A stretch of 45,442 nucleotides of DNA from Candidatus Kerfeldbacteria bacterium CG08_land_8_20_14_0_20_43_14 (lineage in GTDB: Bacteria > Patescibacteriota > Patescibacteriia > PEXW01). Both the position numbers and the translations under genes were made by a program. The notes under the pieces were generated by a model. That model was not told the origin of the DNA and did not search any database. It saw only the letters and a list, made by a program, of their open reading frames with translations. The first letter of the stretch is position 1. Every line of letters starts with the position of its first letter. Shown one piece after another: positions 9,051 to 19,555 of this stretch. The stretch is taken from NCBI GenBank assembly GCA_002774575.1, contig PEXW01000013.1, positions 1-45,442 of the forward strand, given 5' to 3'.

Positions 9051-10472
9051 ATGCTTTTTAATATGGCTGTTTTTAATCTAAAAAAAACTAATTCAAGAAG
9101 GAATTTGACGAGTCAGAAATACGATTTGCGGGGTAAAAAAGTTGCGATTTTTGGACTTGGCATTTTAGGCGGTGGCGAAGCTTGCGTCAGATACGTGGTA
9201 AAGGCTGGGGCAAAAGTTTTTGTAATTGACGATAAGCCAAGAAAAAATTTCTATCCAATTCTAAAACGATTGGCTGGTTTGCCGGTTAAATTCGCCTTTG
9301 GGCCAAGTGGACGGAAATTACTGACAAACTGCGACATAATTATCAAAAATCCAGGGGTTGATCCAAAAGATCCGCTTTTACAAAGATTTAAAAAGCTGGG
9401 CAAATTAATAACCAGCGACATTTCTTTGTTTCGTTCAGCCAGTCAAAATCCGGTTTTGGCCGTCACTGGCACTAAAGGAAAAACAACCACTGCAAATTGG
9501 CTGGGCTATCTGTTAAAAGAAAAATTTTCACCAGTTGTTGCGGGAAATTTAAAAATTTCACCCCTATCTCAAAAAAAAGCTTTTGACAAAAAAACTCCGG
9601 TCATACTCGAATTATCGTCCTTCCAGTTGGCAGATTTAACTCTGCCTCTAGCGGCAAAGATCGTTATTGTTACCAACCTATATTCAGATCATTTGAACCG
9701 GCATGAAACCATGAAAGAGTACGCAAAAGAAAAAGTTAAGATTTTTAGCGGTCAGGGCAAAAACGACATAACCATATTGCCTTTAGACAGTGAATGGCAA
9801 AAATTTTCTAAAATCAAACCCCGAGGCAAAATTTATCGGACAAGTTTGGATTTTCACCCCCGCGCTTCTGCCTGGATTGAAAACAAGTCTGTATTTGTAA
9901 AAATGAAAGGCTCGAAAAAACCAATCGTTAATTTAAATAAATGTAAACTCCAGGATTACGCTTCTTGGCGAAACGCAGTAAATGTCGCGCTTGTTGGCCA
10001 CTTGCTCGGTTTGCCAGCTAATTTAATCAGAAGAAAAATTCTGAATTTTAAAGGAGTTGAGGAAAGGTTTGAAATAATTAGAAAATATAAAAAACGGACT
10101 TTCATTAACAATACAACCGCTACTAACCCAATTGCCGCTGAAGCGGGCTTAAAGAGTTTGTGCAAAAATAATATCTTAATTTTCGGCGGGTCTGATAAAA
10201 AATTGAAAATGGATAATTTTGCAAAATTGATAAATCTAAAATCCAAAATTGCCATAGCTTTGCCAGGCAGCGCCACTGATAGGATTTGGTCCAGAATAAA
10301 AATAAAAAAGATCAAAGCTGGATCGATGCAAAAGGCTGTTCAATTGGCCTGGCAGTTATCGCAACCAGCAGACATTATTATTTTAAACCCTGGTGCAGCC
10401 AGCTTTGGACTTTTTAAAAATGAATTTGACCGGGGCAGACAATTTACCAAAGCCGTAAAAAAAATCAGATGA
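9051..10472 (+). CDS. murD: UDP-N-acetylmuramoylalanine--D-glutamate ligase MurD
   Basis: Mur ligase P-loop GTKGKTTT, an N-terminal Rossmann segment (VAIFGLGILGGG), and the position between mraY and ftsW. Confidence 0.88.
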   Translation: MLFNMAVFNLKKTNSRRNLTSQKYDLRGKKVAIFGLGILGGGEACVRYVVKAGAKVFVIDDKPRKNFYPILKRLAGLPVKFAFGPSGRKLLTNCDIIIKNPGVDPKDPLLQRFKKLGKLITSDISLFRSASQNPVLAVTGTKGKTTTANWLGYLLKEKFSPVVAGNLKISPLSQKKAFDKKTPVILELSSFQLADLTLPLAAKIVIVTNLYSDHLNRHETMKEYAKEKVKIFSGQGKNDITILPLDSEWQKFSKIKPRGKIYRTSLDFHPRASAWIENKSVFVKMKGSKKPIVNLNKCKLQDYASWRNAVNVALVGHLLGLPANLIRRKILNFKGVEERFEIIRKYKKRTFINNTTATNPIAAEAGLKSLCKNNILIFGGSDKKLKMDNFAKLINLKSKIAIALPGSATDRIWSRIKIKKIKAGSMQKAVQLAWQLSQPADIIILNPGAASFGLFKNEFDRGRQFTKAVKKIR

Positions 10473-11566
10473 TTGCCTATCGAAGACCAGATTCAATTTT
10501 TTTAGCTTTAATTATTTCGCTTTGCACGCTTGGCGTAATTATTTTTTCGTCGGCCAGTTCGGCTGAATCATTCCAGACTCTGGGGGACCCAAATGGCTTA
10601 TTGATAAAGCAAATAATTCCGCTGCTGATGGGTTTTATTTTTTCGTATTTTTTGCAAAGTCTGGATTATCAAAAATTACTGAAATGGTCAAAAATTATTT
10701 TGATAATTTCTTTTGTTTTGCTTTTTTTACCTTTTATACCAGGAATCGGCAAAGAATTATTGGGCGCCAGCCGCTGGATTAATATCGGCGGTTTCTTTTT
10801 TCAGCCTTCAGAAGCTTTAAAAACCGCCATGATAATTTTTTTGGCTGCCTGGCTGCCTGGTATCAGAAATAATTGGCAGAACCTTTCGAAAAGTTTTTAC
10901 CCTTTTGTCGCCATTTTAGGCCTGGCATCAGTGATTTTAATGCTGCAATCAGATTTAGGCACCACTATTATTCTTTTTATTATAGCTGTGGTAATGTATT
11001 TTGCGGCTGGCGCCCCGGTAAAGCACTTATTATGGATGTTTCTAGGTATAATCATAGTGGTGTTGCTTATGGTCAAAATCGAGCCTTATCGCGCCTCCAG
11101 GTTGACCACCTTTCTTAATCCTAATCAGGATGTGCAAGGAACTGGATATCATATCAATCGATCTTTGTTGGCTATTGGCTCTGGCGGCTTGTTCGGCCGC
11201 GGTTTGGGCAAATCCGTGCAAAAATTTAATAACCTGCCAGAGGCAGCCGGGGATTCAATTTTCGCCGTCGCCGCTGAAGAACTTGGTTTTTTCGCTGTTT
11301 TGGGTATTGTTGCTTTATACGCTGCTTTGTTTATCCGCGGGCGGAGGTTAATTGCTAAATGTTCAGATGAGGGTGGCCGTTTAATTATGATCGGCACAAT
11401 TACCTGGATAACCGCCCAAGCTTTTGTTAATATCGGCGCTTTGACAGCTTTACTGCCTCTGACAGGCGTACCCTTGCCGTTTATTTCTAATGGCGGCACT
11501 GCGCTTATTTTTCTGCTGGCTTCCACTGGTATATTTTTGAATGTGACTAAACAGTTACGGTCATGA
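10469..11566 (+). CDS. ftsW: SEDS-family peptidoglycan polymerase FtsW
   Basis: Motifs RWINIGGFFFQPSE, PEAAGDSIFAVAAEELG and PLPFISNGGTA. The start forms an ATGA overlap with the murD stop. Confidence 0.85.
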   Translation: MIAYRRPDSIFLALIISLCTLGVIIFSSASSAESFQTLGDPNGLLIKQIIPLLMGFIFSYFLQSLDYQKLLKWSKIILIISFVLLFLPFIPGIGKELLGASRWINIGGFFFQPSEALKTAMIIFLAAWLPGIRNNWQNLSKSFYPFVAILGLASVILMLQSDLGTTIILFIIAVVMYFAAGAPVKHLLWMFLGIIIVVLLMVKIEPYRASRLTTFLNPNQDVQGTGYHINRSLLAIGSGGLFGRGLGKSVQKFNNLPEAAGDSIFAVAAEELGFFAVLGIVALYAALFIRGRRLIAKCSDEGGRLIMIGTITWITAQAFVNIGALTALLPLTGVPLPFISNGGTALIFLLASTGIFLNVTKQLRS

Positions 11567-12612
11567 AAATATTATTAGTCGGCGGCGGAACCCTGGGTTC
11601 GATCAATCCGCTTCTGGCCATTGCCAAAGAAGTAAAAATTCGAAAACCAGATATAGAGCTGGTGTTTTGGGGCAGTCGCAATCTTTTTGAAAGAAAATTC
11701 GTGGAAGAGGCTGGTTTTGAATTTTTCCCCATAGCTTCTGGAAAATTCCGGAGATATTTTTCTTTTTTGAATTTTACTGATGCTTTTAAAATTTTTTACG
11801 CTGGTTTTTGGACTTTGAAAAAACTTAAAGAATTAAAACCAGACCTGATTTTAACCGCCGGCAGTTTTGTCGCCGTGCCAGTGGCTTGGTCTGCTTGGAA
11901 ACTGAAACTGCCGCTTTTAATGTATCAGCAAGATGTGGAGCTTGGTCTGGCGAATAAATACATTTCCAAAAGAGCCAAATTTAAAATCGCCACTTCGGAT
12001 ATTGCTGCAAAGGTTGTGCCCGGCGGATCAAAAGTTTTAGGTTTTTCAGTAAGAAAGATTTTATTTGAAGGCAAACCCGAAAATATTTGTAAAAAATTTA
12101 ATTTTGTCCCAAGTAAACCTGTTTTGCTGGTAATTGGGGGAAGTACCGGAGCTTTAGCTTTGAATAAAAAATTTATTGCCTGCCTTCCGCGGCTCTCCCA
12201 AGACATCCAGATTTTGCATATAACCGGACCAGGCAAAGGAATTCCAAATGTTAAGCGTGAAAACTATGTACAGGTCCCATTTATCAATCAAGAACTGCCG
12301 GATTTTTACGCTGCTGCTGATTTAGTCATTAGTCGGGCTGGCAGTAATGTTTTAGCAGAGTTGGCAGCTCTGAAAAAGGCTGCCATAGTTGTGCCTTTGC
12401 CAAAAACCCACCAGGAGCAAAACGCCGACTATTTACATGATCACGGAGTATTAACCATGAGCCAGGAAAGCCTTGAACCAGAAATTTTTGCGGCGATGAT
12501 TGAAGAAAATATTTTCAATCTGGAGAAGCTGCAGAAACTCAGCCAAAACATCTCAAATATCTGGCAAACAGATGGGGCTGGGAAAATCGCCGAATTTATT
12601 CTAAAACAATGA
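11563..12612 (+). CDS. murG: undecaprenyl-PP-MurNAc-pentapeptide GlcNAc transferase MurG
   Basis: GT28 architecture with the N-terminal G-loop VGGGTLGSINPLLAIA and the C-terminal motifs GGSTGA and ISRAGSNVLAEL. The start forms an ATGA overlap with ftsW. Confidence 0.88.
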   Translation: MKILLVGGGTLGSINPLLAIAKEVKIRKPDIELVFWGSRNLFERKFVEEAGFEFFPIASGKFRRYFSFLNFTDAFKIFYAGFWTLKKLKELKPDLILTAGSFVAVPVAWSAWKLKLPLLMYQQDVELGLANKYISKRAKFKIATSDIAAKVVPGGSKVLGFSVRKILFEGKPENICKKFNFVPSKPVLLVIGGSTGALALNKKFIACLPRLSQDIQILHITGPGKGIPNVKRENYVQVPFINQELPDFYAAADLVISRAGSNVLAELAALKKAAIVVPLPKTHQEQNADYLHDHGVLTMSQESLEPEIFAAMIEENIFNLEKLQKLSQNISNIWQTDGAGKIAEFILKQ

Positions 12613-13982
12613 CTTTATTATCTGCTAAAAAAATTCATTTTATTGGCGTATCCGGCATAGGCACCTCGGCTATTGCCAAATGGGCTTTGGAAAATCATAA
12701 GCAAGTCAGCGGCAGTGATTTAACTTTGCAGCCGACTTCTAAATGGCTTATCGAAAACGGAGCAAATATATCAATCGGGGAACACAAAGAAGTTAATCTC
12801 CCTAGCGACAGTGATTTAGTAATTTACAGTAATGCTATTCCAGAAACCAATCCGGAATTACTGCAGGCAAAAAAATTGAAAATTCCTGCGGTTTCCTATC
12901 CTCAATCAATCGGTGAATTAATGGTTGGCAAAAAAGGGATTGCTATTGCCGGTACACACGGCAAGTCAACCACTACTGCTATTTTGGCTCAAATTTTGAT
13001 TGAAGCAAAAAAAGACCCGACTGTAATTGTGGGGACGCGGCTGGGAATTTTTGGCAATACCAATGAAAGGGTTGGTAAGGGTGAGGATTTGCTGGTTGAG
13101 GCAGACGAGTATAAAAGAGCCTTTTTGGATTACCGGCCGACTGTTGCGGCGATATTAAACATTGAACTTGACCACGTTGATGTTTATAAAGATGAAGCCT
13201 CGATCTTGGAAGCTTTTAAAAAATTTGCTGGAAAACTACCAATTTCTGGAAGTTTGATTCTTAACGCGCAAGATAAAAATTTTAGTGATATAAAAAAATC
13301 AACCCAAGCTGAAGTTTTAAGCTTTGGCTTTGAAAACACGGATATTATGGCCTTTGAAGTGAATACTGGAAAGGAAGGTGTTAATTTCAAAGTCAAAGGC
13401 CTTTACAACGGAACCATAGAGACAAAAATTTTTGGTCAACATAATGTTTTAAATATCTTGGCGGCTTTGGCAATTGCTTATGTGATGAAGATTGATTTCC
13501 AAATTGCCAAAGCCGCTGTTGAAAAATTCCCTGGCAGCTGGCGCAGGTTTGAAAAAAAGGGTGAGTGGCAAGACGCTACGGTAATTGATGATTATGCTCA
13601 CCATCCAACAGAGCTAAAAGCGACTTTGTTGGCTGCCAGGCAGGCTTATCCTGGGAAGAGGGTTGTTTGCGTTTTTCAGCCGCATCAAAAAATTCGAACC
13701 AAGCAATTTTTCAAAGAGTTTGTGGAAACTTTAAAGCTTGCTGACTTAAATATAATTCCGGAAATTTATCAGGTGGCTGGCAGAGAAGAAAATATCAAAA
13801 TTTCCAGCAAAGAAATAGTGGAAAAACTTGGAAATGGGGTCTATTATGCCAAAGATGTGGCTGATTCCGTTGAAATAGCAAAAAAAATAATCAAACCAGG
13901 GGATGTTATTTTAACAGTTGGCGCCGGTGATATCACGAATTTTTATCAATTGGCAAAAAAAATAAAACCCCTTGTTTTTTAG
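12609..13982 (+). CDS. murC: UDP-N-acetylmuramate--L-alanine ligase MurC
   Basis: Motifs IHFIGVSGIGTSAIA, GTHGKSTTT and DDYAHHP. The start forms an ATGA overlap with murG. Confidence 0.92.
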   Translation: MTLLSAKKIHFIGVSGIGTSAIAKWALENHKQVSGSDLTLQPTSKWLIENGANISIGEHKEVNLPSDSDLVIYSNAIPETNPELLQAKKLKIPAVSYPQSIGELMVGKKGIAIAGTHGKSTTTAILAQILIEAKKDPTVIVGTRLGIFGNTNERVGKGEDLLVEADEYKRAFLDYRPTVAAILNIELDHVDVYKDEASILEAFKKFAGKLPISGSLILNAQDKNFSDIKKSTQAEVLSFGFENTDIMAFEVNTGKEGVNFKVKGLYNGTIETKIFGQHNVLNILAALAIAYVMKIDFQIAKAAVEKFPGSWRRFEKKGEWQDATVIDDYAHHPTELKATLLAARQAYPGKRVVCVFQPHQKIRTKQFFKEFVETLKLADLNIIPEIYQVAGREENIKISSKEIVEKLGNGVYYAKDVADSVEIAKKIIKPGDVILTVGAGDITNFYQLAKKIKPLVF

Positions 13983-13993
13983 ACGAGGGGTTT
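13965..13993. terminator. hairpin spanning the overlapping convergent stop codons of murC and the antisense gene (possible bidirectional terminator)
   Basis: Stem aaacccc(13965..13971)/ggggttt(13987..13993) with a T-rich 15-nt loop. The murC TAG (13980..13982) and the minus-strand TAA (13981..13979) both sit inside the loop. Confidence 0.3.
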
Positions 13994-15016
13994 ATTAATA
14001 GCTCGATAAGAAAAAAGATCATCCGCGAATCCGACCGGAGTGCCTAGTTCGGACTGGTCAGAATAAACAAAACAGCGAAGTAAAACCAAATCGCAGGGCG
14101 CTTTAATATCATGCCGAATATTCCGCAAATGAGTTAAATAGCCAATTGTTGTTCCGGCTTTGACTATTTGTCCAAGCTGGAATAATGGTTGATTATTTTC
14201 ATGAGTAAAGAAAGTCCCAACATGTTCTGATTTTATTATCACAGAATTTACTCGAGCCAATAGCATTACGCTTGCGCCTTTTGCTATGCTAGTTTTCTCT
14301 AATGCTCCAAATTGTAGGATATACCCGCTAACTGGCGCAAAGACCGAAACTGGCTTGGATTTTTTTTCAACCGGCTGGATGTAGCCAAGCAAATCGTCTT
14401 TTTCAACATAATCCAGGATATACAAATTTCTCAATAATCTGGAATGTTTGCCTCGGTACCTTTTGTCGAGAATATCAACCGTGATATTTTGCGGTCCAAC
14501 TTTTGTTGACAGCCAGATTCCGCTGGCCGGGGCTAAAACTGGCACAACCGGCAAAATCCCGGTCAATTCTGGAATTGGCGGATTGCCATAAACCAGTCTG
14601 ACTTTAGAAGGGAAGGCGATGCCTTTTGCTCCTGGTGTGTTGGCATTTTCCGGAAGGTAGTAGATTAACTCATTAGGCTGGGTCACCAAAACTTGTTCTG
14701 GTGAAAGCAGGACGCCATTTGATCTTAAAGCTGGCGGGGGAATGTTTAGGGCGCGAGATTGTATCGCAGTATTATTCGCATAGATTTTTTTGCAAATAAT
14801 CTTTACGCCCAGCCATTTTGAACTAAGTTCCTCAACTGATGAATACTGAACTAATTTTATGTATCCCTTGATGCTATTAAACCTCGCTGCCAAAATTGAG
14901 ACTCCCAACAGGAAACCCAGTAGGCCGCAAATCAGCATTAAGACCCAGATATGGCTGGAAAACCACTCTGAAAGTATCCGTAAGTAATATTGTAAAGGCA
15001 ACTTTTTTACCTCCAA
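13979..15016 (-). CDS. membrane-anchored hypothetical protein with three barrel-sandwich-hybrid-like (lipoyl/HlyD/M23-type) motifs
   Basis: 345 aa with an N-terminal TM helix (VLMLICGLLGFLLGVSILA). The motif hydrophobic-AP-x-x-G/D occurs three times (VLAPASGIW, VFAPVSGYI, IKAPCDLVL), and there is also GQIVKAGTTIGYL. I see no catalytic motif. Confidence 0.55.
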   Translation of the reverse strand: MEVKKLPLQYYLRILSEWFSSHIWVLMLICGLLGFLLGVSILAARFNSIKGYIKLVQYSSVEELSSKWLGVKIICKKIYANNTAIQSRALNIPPPALRSNGVLLSPEQVLVTQPNELIYYLPENANTPGAKGIAFPSKVRLVYGNPPIPELTGILPVVPVLAPASGIWLSTKVGPQNITVDILDKRYRGKHSRLLRNLYILDYVEKDDLLGYIQPVEKKSKPVSVFAPVSGYILQFGALEKTSIAKGASVMLLARVNSVIIKSEHVGTFFTHENNQPLFQLGQIVKAGTTIGYLTHLRNIRHDIKAPCDLVLLRCFVYSDQSELGTPVGFADDLFSYRAINKPLV

Positions 15017-15070
15017 AAAAATTTAATGTTTATGTTAAATTGCGCTATAGTGTAGACAATTAGATAATTT

Positions 15071-15973
15071 ATGTCAACAAAAATTTTTAGCCCTGAACTG
15101 GAAGCAATCGGGATAATTAAAAAAGACGAAGTCTTGGCAAATCACACCACCTTTAAGGTGGGTGGCCCAGCCGCTTATTTTTTGGAAACCAATGATTCGG
15201 AAATCATCCAAAAAGCAATTAGAATTGCCAATAAAGCCGGGCTGAAATTCGCCGCGCTTGGTGGCGGCAGCAATGTTTTGGTTTCTGACCAGGGTTTTAA
15301 TGGTTTAATAATCAAAATATCTTCTTCGCGCTGTGATTTGATTGATACGAATAAATTGGATGCTGACGCTGGCACGAGTTTGGCAAAAATTATCAGAACG
15401 GCCTTAAGCCAAAATTTAACAGGCTTAGAATTCGCGATTGGCATTCCTGGCTCGTTCGGCGGCGCCATTGCCGGCAATGCGGGCACCAGCGGTCATGGCA
15501 TTGCTGAATATGTTGAATCGCTGAAATATGTGGACAAAACCGGTGTACTAAAAATATGCGACAAGAGTCAATTAGATGTTTCATATCGTTACACTAGATT
15601 CAAATATACCCCCGAAGATATCATCATTTCGGCAATTTTAATTTTAGCACCAGCTCAGCCAATCGAATCCCAAAAATTGGTTAAGGAAGCTATGGAAAAA
15701 AGATCTTGGCAACCTAAAGGCGTTTGGTGCGCCGGCTGTATCTTTAAAAATCCGGCAAACAAATCTGCCGGGAAGTTAATTGATGAGGCTGGACTAAAGG
15801 GAAAAACCATCGGTGGCGCGAAAATTTCTGAAGAGCATGGGAATTTCATTATCAATACTGGCAAAGCCAAGGCCGAAGACATAATCATTCTTATAAGCTT
15901 CATCAAGCAGCAAATCCGCGATCAATTTGGAGTACAATTAGAAGAAGAAGTCAGATATCTTGGTTTTAATTAA
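15071..15973 (+). CDS. murB: UDP-N-acetylenolpyruvoylglucosamine reductase MurB
   Basis: FAD-binding motifs TTFKVGGPAAYF and LGGGSNVLVSD, plus the C-terminal MurB domain (GCIFKNP). Confidence 0.9.
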   Translation: MSTKIFSPELEAIGIIKKDEVLANHTTFKVGGPAAYFLETNDSEIIQKAIRIANKAGLKFAALGGGSNVLVSDQGFNGLIIKISSSRCDLIDTNKLDADAGTSLAKIIRTALSQNLTGLEFAIGIPGSFGGAIAGNAGTSGHGIAEYVESLKYVDKTGVLKICDKSQLDVSYRYTRFKYTPEDIIISAILILAPAQPIESQKLVKEAMEKRSWQPKGVWCAGCIFKNPANKSAGKLIDEAGLKGKTIGGAKISEEHGNFIINTGKAKAEDIIILISFIKQQIRDQFGVQLEEEVRYLGFN

Positions 15974-15985
15974 TTTTTTTGAAAT

Positions 15986-16309
15986 ATGATCATTTCGACA
16001 AAAAATTTTCGCTTAACACAAAATTTAGAAACTTTTGTAGAAGAGAAATTAGAGCCGCTGAACAAATTGAGCCGCCAGCCAATCACGAAAATGAAAGTCA
16101 GATTGGATTTTGATCGCAATCAGCATACTGGAGATATTTATAGGGTAGAAGCGTCAGTGGTCTGGCTTGGTAAAATTTATAAAGCTAGGGTTAAGGCCGA
16201 TGACATGCTTGAGGCCGTGGATTTAGTTAAAGAAAAAATGGAACGGCAGCTACGGGATGCCAAAGAACTCTGGCTTTCAAAACGCGCTGGCCACCACGGC
16301 TTGAATTAG
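15986..16309 (+). CDS. hpf: ribosome hibernation promoting factor (HPF/RaiA, short form)
   Basis: 107 aa. The N-terminus MIISTKNFRLTQNLETFVEEKL is typical of the sigma54-modulation/HPF family. The hpf-secA linkage resembles that seen in Firmicutes. Confidence 0.8.
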   Translation: MIISTKNFRLTQNLETFVEEKLEPLNKLSRQPITKMKVRLDFDRNQHTGDIYRVEASVVWLGKIYKARVKADDMLEAVDLVKEKMERQLRDAKELWLSKRAGHHGLN

Positions 16310-16318
16310 GCCCAGCTC

Positions 16319-16346
16319 TTGATTTATAAGGCAGAATGAGTAAAAT
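16319..16346 (+). promoter_or_regulatory. candidate secA promoter
   Basis: TTGATT (16319..16324), a 16-nt spacer, then TAAAAT (16341..16346), 11 nt before the secA ATG. Confidence 0.4.
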
Positions 16347-16357
16347 GTAGTGGCTTT

Positions 16358-19060
16358 ATGGGAATAATTAACAAAATTTTTGGCAACCCAAATGATAAAG
16401 TCGTAAAGGACTTGGAGCCTTTGATTAGGCAGATTAATGCTCTGGAAAATGAAGTAAAGGACTATCCTGATTCAAAATTTTCAGAAAAAACCAAGGAGTT
16501 TTACGGACGCTTCCTCAAAGGCGAATCTTTGGATAAGTTATTGCCCGAAACTTTTGCTTTAGTCAGAGAAGCTGCCAAACGGACACTCGGCCAGAGGCAT
16601 TTTGATGTCCAGTTGATGGGCGGTATAGTTTTACATCAGGGCAGAATTTCAGAAATGCGGACTGGTGAAGGAAAAACTTTAGTTGCCACTTTGCCGGCTT
16701 ACCTGAACGCAATCACGGGTAAAGGCGTCCATGTGGTTACAGTCAATGACTATTTGGCCAAACGCGATACCCGTTGGATGGGGCAAATTTATCATTTCCT
16801 CGGCCTTTCTGTGGGCACAATCCAGCATGAAGCGGCATTTGTCTATGATCCGGATTTTGAAGGCGATGAATTTACCAAAAATTTGCGGCCGGTTGACCGC
16901 ACTACTGCTTATAAGGCGGACATTACTTATGGCACCAATAATGAATTCGGTTTTGATTATTTGCGCGATAATATGGTCCCAGATCCCCAATATCTGGCCC
17001 AGCGGGAATTGGTATATGCCATTGTCGATGAAGTTGATTCAATTTTGATAGATGAAGCCAGAACGCCTTTAATTATTTCTGGCCCGTCAGACACGCCCAG
17101 CGAGCAGTATTATCGTTTTGCGGATTTGGTTCAAAGATTGGAAGAAGGTCCTGATTATAATGTTGATGAAAAATTACGGGCTTCAACTTTGACCGAAGAA
17201 GGTATTTCTAAAATCGAAGGTTGGTTAGGCATCGGCAATATCTATCAGGCTGGAGGCGTGGAAACCGTCCACCATATTGAGCAGGCCTTAAAGGCTCATG
17301 CGCTTTTTAAACGGGACCGAGATTATGTTGTCAAGGATAATGAAGTAATTATCGTTGATGAATTTACTGGTAGGCTTATGCATGGCAGACGTTATTCCGA
17401 AGGCCTGCATCAGGCCATTGAAGCCAAAGAGCATGTTGAAATTAAGCAAGAGTCTCAAACTTTAGCCACTATCACCTTTCAAAATTATTTTAGAATGTAT
17501 AAAAAGCTGGCAGGCATGACTGGCACGGCCGCCACCGAAGCCGAGGAATTTTCGAAAATTTATAATTTAGAAGTCGTCAGTATCCCCACTAATAAACCCA
17601 TGGTCAGAAAAGACTCGGCTGACAGTGTCTATAAAACTGAAATGGGCAAATATGAAGCAATAGTCAGAGACATTAAAATCAGACACGACCAGGGTCAGCC
17701 GATTCTGATCGGTACAATTTCAATTGCCAAAAATGAGATGCTAAGCCAGTTATTGCAGCGGGAAGGCATACCCCATGAATTATTAAATGCCAAAAACCAT
17801 GAAAAAGAAGCTGGAGTAATTTCCCAAGCTGGCCGTTTAGGTGCGGTTACAGTGGCCACGAACATGGCCGGAAGAGGCGTAGATATTATCCTGGGAGGCA
17901 ACCCCTTAAAACCAGAAGAGGCGAAAAAGGTCAAAGAACTGGGCGGCTTACATGTGATTGGCACAGAAAGGCACGAATCCAGGCGCATTGATAATCAGTT
18001 GCGCGGTCGTTCCGGCCGGCAGGGCGACCCGGGCTCATCTCAATTTTTCCTGTCTTTGGAGGATGACCTTATGCGGATTTTTGGCGGCGACAGGGTTAAA
18101 AGCCTGATGGAAAGACTGCACGTGCCAGAAGATATGCCTATTGAAAATAAAATGATTTCCCGTTCGATTGAAGGCGCGCAGAAAAAAGTTGAAGGTCATA
18201 ACTTTGACATCCGCAAACATTTGGTGGAATACGATGATGTAATTAACAAACATCGTGAGGTTATTTATTCCCGGCGCCGCGATGTTTTGAATTGCTTGTC
18301 CGAACCAGCCGGCCGCAAAGAAACCATTTTGCAAGCTCTGAACGATGAAATAAATCAAATCGTTTCAACCCACACCTCGGGTGAAAAAGAAGATCAGTGG
18401 AATTTGGATGAAATTTACGAATCGGTTGATTCAATTTTTTCCATCCCCCTGCAAGCCAGACTGAAATTGGAATCTTTCAGGCAGGAGGCCAGCACAGTCA
18501 GCTCAACTGCTGCGACTCGAAACGCCATCACCGAGCATCTTCAAAAAATGCTACAGGAAGCTTATACCAAGCTGGAAAAGGAAGTTAATGAAACGCCGGC
18601 TGGACGGGAAGCCCAAAGTCAGAATCAAAATTTGATGCGCCTGGTTGAAAGAGCGGTGGAACTACGGGTTATTGACACCTTATGGATTGAACATCTGGAT
18701 TTGATGGATCACCTGCGGCAAGGCATTGGCTTAAGGGGCTATGGTCAAAGAGATCCTTTGGTTGAATATAAAAAAGAATCTTATCTCTTGTTTAGCCAAT
18801 TGCTTGGCACAATCCGTTCGCAATTAGTTCACACCATTTTTAAAGCCCGGGTTTCCCAGAGCATGGTTGAACAACAGCAAGCCCAGTCAAAAAATTTAAC
18901 CTTGTCCGCGCCAGCCAAAGAAGCTTCGGAAAGTAATTTCACTTCTGCACCGCAAGTTTCGCAAAGCTCAACCAATCCTTATGCCAATCAAAAAATCGGG
19001 CGCAATGATCCTTGCCCTTGTGGAAGCGGTAAGAAGTATAAAAAGTGCCATGGGGCGTAG
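16358..19060 (+). CDS. secA: preprotein translocase ATPase SecA
   Basis: Motifs [32 protein letters not shown] and [10 protein letters not shown], plus the C-terminal zinc motif [14 protein letters not shown]. Confidence 0.97.
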   Translation: MGIINKIFGNPNDKVVKDLEPLIRQINALENEVKDYPDSKFSEKTKEFYGRFLKGESLDKLLPETFALVREAAKRTLGQRHFDVQLMGGIVLHQGRISEMRTGEGKTLVATLPAYLNAITGKGVHVVTVNDYLAKRDTRWMGQIYHFLGLSVGTIQHEAAFVYDPDFEGDEFTKNLRPVDRTTAYKADITYGTNNEFGFDYLRDNMVPDPQYLAQRELVYAIVDEVDSILIDEARTPLIISGPSDTPSEQYYRFADLVQRLEEGPDYNVDEKLRASTLTEEGISKIEGWLGIGNIYQAGGVETVHHIEQALKAHALFKRDRDYVVKDNEVIIVDEFTGRLMHGRRYSEGLHQAIEAKEHVEIKQESQTLATITFQNYFRMYKKLAGMTGTAATEAEEFSKIYNLEVVSIPTNKPMVRKDSADSVYKTEMGKYEAIVRDIKIRHDQGQPILIGTISIAKNEMLSQLLQREGIPHELLNAKNHEKEAGVISQAGRLGAVTVATNMAGRGVDIILGGNPLKPEEAKKVKELGGLHVIGTERHESRRIDNQLRGRSGRQGDPGSSQFFLSLEDDLMRIFGGDRVKSLMERLHVPEDMPIENKMISRSIEGAQKKVEGHNFDIRKHLVEYDDVINKHREVIYSRRRDVLNCLSEPAGRKETILQALNDEINQIVSTHTSGEKEDQWNLDEIYESVDSIFSIPLQARLKLESFRQEASTVSSTAATRNAITEHLQKMLQEAYTKLEKEVNETPAGREAQSQNQNLMRLVERAVELRVIDTLWIEHLDLMDHLRQGIGLRGYGQRDPLVEYKKESYLLFSQLLGTIRSQLVHTIFKARVSQSMVEQQQAQSKNLTLSAPAKEASESNFTSAPQVSQSSTNPYANQKIGRNDPCPCGSGKKYKKCHGA

Positions 19061-19063
19061 GGT

Positions 19064-19495
19064 ATGGAACATCTAGCAATAATGAGAAAATCATGGGGAT
19101 TCACTGATAAAATTCTAAATGGTCAAAAGAAAATTGAATCCCGCTGGTATTCTGTAAAGTGCAAGCCCTGGAGTGCAATTAAACAAGGAGAAACGATTTA
19201 TTTTAAAGATTCAGGTGGGCCTGTAAGAGTAAAAGCAAAAGTTAGTAAAGTAATGCAATTTTCAAATTTGACTCCGAAAATAGTAAAAGAAATCCTAAAC
19301 GGATATGGCGAGCAAGATGGGATAGAAAAAGGAAAATCCCGCCAATTTTTTGAAAGATTCAAAGACAAGAAATACTGTCTGCTCATATTCTTAAAGAACC
19401 CTATTGAAATAAGGCCATTTGAGATTGATAAAATTGGATTTGGGATGATGTCGGCTTGGATTACAACCGACAATATATCCAGGATTAAGAAATAA
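19064..19495 (+). CDS. ASCH (PUA-like) domain protein
   Basis: 143 aa. The ILNGQKKIESRW motif and overall size fit the ASCH fold. It starts 3 nt after the secA stop. Confidence 0.55.
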   Translation: MEHLAIMRKSWGFTDKILNGQKKIESRWYSVKCKPWSAIKQGETIYFKDSGGPVRVKAKVSKVMQFSNLTPKIVKEILNGYGEQDGIEKGKSRQFFERFKDKKYCLLIFLKNPIEIRPFEIDKIGFGMMSAWITTDNISRIKK

Positions 19496-19555
19496 TTTCC
19501 GCGGTTAATTATTAAAAATCGGAAATATCACGGGGAATAGGGACAAACACTATCT

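Noticed and set aside
1274-18358. Numerous 60-130-aa ORFs lying antisense to, or out of frame within, pil, GT-C, mur, ftsW and secA genes. Examples: 1274..1468, 1490..1843, 3575..3964, 4355..4648, 4958..5296, 6219..6476, 9956..10315, 11149..11526, 11925..12236, 15175..15486, 16679..16990, 18035..18358
   Set aside because: Each is nested in a longer ORF that has clear family motifs. None has a recognisable motif of its own, and their composition mirrors the opposite strand.
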